The translations under genes and the position numbers were made by a program. The notes beneath the pieces are model-generated. The model saw nothing but the letters and a program-made list of their open reading frames with translations, was not told where the DNA came from and made no database searches. Positions 35,087 through 38,449 of a stretch of 38,449 nucleotides of DNA are shown here, piece by piece. Origin of the DNA: Deltaproteobacteria bacterium (GTDB taxonomy: Bacteria > Desulfobacterota > UBA8473). The stretch spans positions 1-38,449 of the forward strand of contig QZJR01000016.1 of assembly GCA_003599365.1 (NCBI GenBank), read 5' to 3'. How positions within the stretch are numbered: position 1 is the stretch's first letter; every line of letters begins with the position of its first letter.

Positions 35087-36753
35087 ATACCGAAGTAGCA
35101 TCCCCATACATGGCTTAGATCTGCCGGGCCATAAACCTTTTCTCTTATCTCAACAATCTCTCCGATGCTCAGATATGCCTTAACAGCCTCTACCATAGGT
35201 CCTATTATATTTATTCTATTCCTGTACGCATCTTCCAGCAGCTTCTTCGCTTTCTCTGCTTTTCCAGGGTCTCTTTTCTTCTTAACTCTATCGAGCCTTT
35301 CTATCTGTTTGTCTCTCCAGACAGGATCGTATCCCAGAATATCCGTATTACCGAGATCAATCCCCCCTTCACCCTCTCTCACAACAAATCTATTAACACC
35401 CACCATAGCCCTTTCGTTATTGTCTATGGCCTTTTGCCTGAGATATCCGGACTCTTTGCCCTGATCAACAATATACTTATATGCCTTCCGGGGCTCCATA
35501 TCCTCTAATTCTTTCAGTGTCTCTAATGCCTTTTGTTCAAGTTGATTGGTAAGAGACTCTATGCAATATGAACCCCCTAAAGGATCGATAACGTTTGCTA
35601 CACCGCTTTCATGGCCAATTATCTGTTGGGTACGCAGTGATAAGGTAGCTGAAGCCCTGGTTGGTATGGCTAATGCCTCGTCAAAGGAGTTTACAGACAT
35701 TGACTGAGCACCCCCCAGCACAGCAGCAAGGGCGTGGATGGTAGAGCGGATTACGTTATTAAGGGGCTGCTGGGCTGTCAGGTTAATTGCTGTGGTCTGG
35801 GTATGGAATCGCATAAGCCATGATCTGGGATCCCTGGCATTGAACCTTTCTTTAACTGTCCTTGCCCATAACCTGCGCATTGCGCGGAATTTGGCTACCT
35901 CTTCCAGGAAGTCATTCTCAGAGCTGAGAAAAAAGGAGATCCTTGGGGCAACTTCATCAACATCTATGTTCCTTGCGATTACGGATTGCAGGGTAAAACC
36001 TCCCATGTAGACCCCAAAAGCAATTTCCTGAGGGGCAGATATGCCTTCATCCCTGATATTCCTCACAGAGATACTGGTATGGTTCCATCGCGGCAGATTC
36101 TTTGTGCAATACTCACTGATATCCACCGAACCATTCCCCCTCATTTGCGGGCCTTCGCCAAAAGGGAAAACACAGTTCTGAATAGTTCCGGACAGATTCT
36201 TAAAATCTATACCCTGCCTTTCGGCTTCTGCCAGAATCATGGCAAAGACAGGTATGGAAAAGCCAATCTGGTTGATGCTGATCTCAGACATATCTATCCC
36301 GTCAAACAGGGTTTCAATGTCTGCCAGGGTATCAATCCATACCCCGCCCTTTCCCAGAATACCAAAACTCCGTTCATCACCGGACTCATAGGGCTGGTAG
36401 CCCATTCCGCAGACACTGAATCCGGTCTGCCCTTGTTTAAATAGATATTTCAGCCTCTCGTTGGTCTCCTCAGCAGTCCCCAATCCTACTACCTGTCTTA
36501 TAGTCCATTCTTTTGTCCTATAACCTGTTGGCGTGACCCCCCTGGTAAAGGGATACGAACCGGGGGAAGAAATATCTTCAACATAGTTATTGTCTTTAAT
36601 ATCAAGAGGGGTGTAAATCGGTTTTAAGGGGAGCCCTGAAAGGGTTGTCATCTCTTTCTCTTCTATTGAAAATTTCTTTAAGACTTCTTTAACACTGGCT
36701 TCATATCCCTTGTTCAATTGCTCAATCTCTTTCAATATCTCTTCTTTAAACAA
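35083..36753 (-). CDS. Acyl-CoA mutase large subunit, paralog 4 (556 aa), with the most divergent active-site motifs
   Basis: 'SPGSYPFTRGVTPTGY', 'HTQTTAINLTAQQPLNN', 'DPLGGSYCIESLT'. However, it has 'GTIQNCVFPFGEG' and 'VRNIRDEGISAPQEIAF' in place of the QNDILKE and GYH..EAGA motifs. TTG start with SD 'ggagg'. Confidence 0.88.
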   Translation of the reverse strand: MFKEEILKEIEQLNKGYEASVKEVLKKFSIEEKEMTTLSGLPLKPIYTPLDIKDNNYVEDISSPGSYPFTRGVTPTGYRTKEWTIRQVVGLGTAEETNERLKYLFKQGQTGFSVCGMGYQPYESGDERSFGILGKGGVWIDTLADIETLFDGIDMSEISINQIGFSIPVFAMILAEAERQGIDFKNLSGTIQNCVFPFGEGPQMRGNGSVDISEYCTKNLPRWNHTSISVRNIRDEGISAPQEIAFGVYMGGFTLQSVIARNIDVDEVAPRISFFLSSENDFLEEVAKFRAMRRLWARTVKERFNARDPRSWLMRFHTQTTAINLTAQQPLNNVIRSTIHALAAVLGGAQSMSVNSFDEALAIPTRASATLSLRTQQIIGHESGVANVIDPLGGSYCIESLTNQLEQKALETLKELEDMEPRKAYKYIVDQGKESGYLRQKAIDNNERAMVGVNRFVVREGEGGIDLGNTDILGYDPVWRDKQIERLDRVKKKRDPGKAEKAKKLLEDAYRNRINIIGPMVEAVKAYLSIGEIVEIREKVYGPADLSHVWGCYFGM

Positions 36754-36789
36754 TTTCTACCTCCAAATTTAAGTTTCCCGGGAAGGTTA

Positions 36790-38094
36790 CTACTTCATCA
36801 ATCTCGGCAGCCACAATGCAAGTTCAGGGAAAACAACAAACAATGCCAGAACGGCAAACTCCAGGAGCACGTAGGGCATAGTCCCACTTATGATTTCTTC
36901 CATCGTCACGTCATCGGCTATAGACTTCATGGTATATAGATTTAGACCGACAGGCGGAGTAATAACGGCCATTTCCAGGTTCATCACCAGTATGATACCA
37001 TACCATAAAGGGTCAAAGCCAAGAGCAATTACTGTAGGAAGAAAGATAGGGGTGGTTACCAATACTATTGATGCCCCATCAATGAAACAACCCATAAATA
37101 CCAGGACCAGCATAAAGAACATAATGACAAGGAAGGGGGATAGACCCAACGAAACAGAGAATTCTGCCAACCGATCAGGTACCCTGGTATAAAGCAAAAA
37201 CTGTCCAAAGGCAAAGGCGCATGCAGCAATGAGTATAACGGCGCCCACAATTCGGGCGGTGTTGCCAAATATCTTCTTAAGAGCCTCCCGGTTTAAAGAC
37301 CTGTATACGAAAGCCCCAATCAAAAGGGCAACTGCGGCCCCAATAGCCCCTGCTTCAGTCGGCGTACAGATACCGGTATAGATGCTGACCATTACCGCAA
37401 CGATGAGTACAAGCGCCGTCCATAACCTCTTAAGAGATGAAAATTTCTCCCTCCACGTTATCCTATCCTCACTCCTCACAGCAAGGGCAGGGTTTCTAAA
37501 CGCCTTAACAAAAACGTAACCTGCCATTGCTAGAGCAAGAAACACCCCTGGTACTATTCCGCCAATAAAGAGTTTTCCTACCGATACCCCGGATACCGCG
37601 CCATAAAGGATGAACGGCAGACTCGGAGGGATAAGCATTGCCAGAGCGCCAGCGGCTGTAATTGACCCTACGGCAAGTTTCTTATCGTACCCGTGCCTTA
37701 ACATCTCTGGCAGAGCCATCACACCAATAACGGCAACCCCTATTATGCTTACCCCACACATAGCCCCGAATATGGCGCAGGCAAATATACTTGCAACAGC
37801 AAGCCCACCAGGGAGGCGGTAAAACCATTTGTGTAATGCAAAATACAAATCTCTGCCAATTCCTGTCTGAGCAATTGTTTCCCCCATTATGATATAGAGG
37901 GGGGCAGCTACCAAAACAGGATTGTTAAGCTGAGACATGATTGATAACGGCACCTGGGTTAAGCCTATAACCCCCCGGCTCAAGAAGATGCCAACAGCGC
38001 CTGCAATACCCAGAGATGCAAAAATGGGACACTTGAACGCTATCAAAACAAAAATAATCAGAAATGTTATTGCTATAACCAATTCAGGAGCCAT
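36790..38094 (-). CDS. dctM: TRAP transporter large permease subunit
   Basis: ~434 aa, highly hydrophobic, DctM-like. ATG at 38094 follows SD 'gaggagg' and overlaps the DctQ stop by 11 nt. Confidence 0.9.
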   Translation of the reverse strand: MAPELVIAITFLIIFVLIAFKCPIFASLGIAGAVGIFLSRGVIGLTQVPLSIMSQLNNPVLVAAPLYIIMGETIAQTGIGRDLYFALHKWFYRLPGGLAVASIFACAIFGAMCGVSIIGVAVIGVMALPEMLRHGYDKKLAVGSITAAGALAMLIPPSLPFILYGAVSGVSVGKLFIGGIVPGVFLALAMAGYVFVKAFRNPALAVRSEDRITWREKFSSLKRLWTALVLIVAVMVSIYTGICTPTEAGAIGAAVALLIGAFVYRSLNREALKKIFGNTARIVGAVILIAACAFAFGQFLLYTRVPDRLAEFSVSLGLSPFLVIMFFMLVLVFMGCFIDGASIVLVTTPIFLPTVIALGFDPLWYGIILVMNLEMAVITPPVGLNLYTMKSIADDVTMEEIISGTMPYVLLEFAVLALFVVFPELALWLPRLMK

Positions 38095-38449
38095 GTTTAT
38101 CCTCCTCTCTAGCCTCAATTATATGCAACAGATACTCCAGTCCGACAAACAGAGAACCCAGGGGGATGACTATATAAATAACCCACAACGGCATGCGAAA
38201 TTCACCGGCCATGTACATGCCATATTTATATGTTGAAAGAGCGGCCTTGCTTCCCATCCAGACCAGGACGGCACAAAACAGGATGACCAGCACAGAATCA
38301 AACACATCAACACGTCTCTGATTTCTTCTCGACAGACGCGACACCAACATACCCATGTCAATATGCTGCCCCCTTCTAACCAGCTCGGCAGCACAAATAA
38401 ACCCCATATATACCAATAAAACGGCATTCAGTTCGATAGCCCAACTAGT
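38084..38449 (-). CDS. dctQ: TRAP transporter small permease subunit (5'-partial; frame stays open to the window edge)
   Basis: Hand translation upstream of the track's TTG stays open (..TSWAIELNAVLLVYMGF..). DctQ-like 'GQHIDMGMLVSRL', directly upstream of dctM. Confidence 0.8.
   Translation of the reverse strand, partial: TSWAIELNAVLLVYMGFICAAELVRRGQHIDMGMLVSRLSRRNQRRVDVFDSVLVILFCAVLVWMGSKAALSTYKYGMYMAGEFRMPLWVIYIVIPLGSLFVGLEYLLHIIEAREEDKHGS

Overview
This is a 38.4-kb bacterial window with mid-40s % GC by eye. The gene content suggests an anaerobe, but the taxon cannot be determined from sequence alone. I recognised no rRNA, tRNA, CRISPR array or cobalamin riboswitch.

The left ~6 kb is mostly plus-strand housekeeping or accessory genes: hbd translationally coupled to an isochorismatase-family hydrolase, a 59-aa ORF plus a GNAT acetyltransferase, a convergent Ste24-like M48 peptidase, a K/E-rich hypothetical, and an amidohydrolase-2 coupled to a LysE exporter.

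From 6.2 kb to the right edge, all ~26 genes are on the minus strand. The first is an orphan GAF-GspE/PilB-type ATPase. The rest form a ~28-kb acyl-CoA catabolic supercluster, which is the main point of interest. It contains:
- four paralogous B12-dependent acyl-CoA mutase large subunits (two tandem 578-aa copies, one of 553 aa, one of 556 aa), each with a different active-site signature;
- three stand-alone B12-binding small subunits, one lacking the Asp of DxHxxG;
- a radical-SAM/PDZ/DUF512-like protein abutting one small subunit;
- four crotonase-fold proteins, none with the canonical Glu-Glu hydratase pair;
- a family III CoA-transferase, an AMP-forming acyl-CoA ligase, an MmgE/PrpD protein, an NMO-type FMN enzyme, a KstD/fumarate-reductase-like flavoprotein and an OYE/FadH-type Fe-S flavoprotein;
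- a GntR(FCD) regulator, a USP, two MFS transporters and a TRAP DctQM transporter.

No MeaB/ArgK chaperone, acyl-CoA dehydrogenase or thiolase is present in the cluster.

Intergenic space carries at least four families of short palindromic repeats. One is a 128-bp MITE with terminal inverted repeats and an 8-bp target-site duplication that regenerates the stop codon of a mutase gene. There are also two gene relics: a carboxyltransferase N-terminus and an MFS 3' end.

All functional calls rest on motif recognition by eye. No database search was run.
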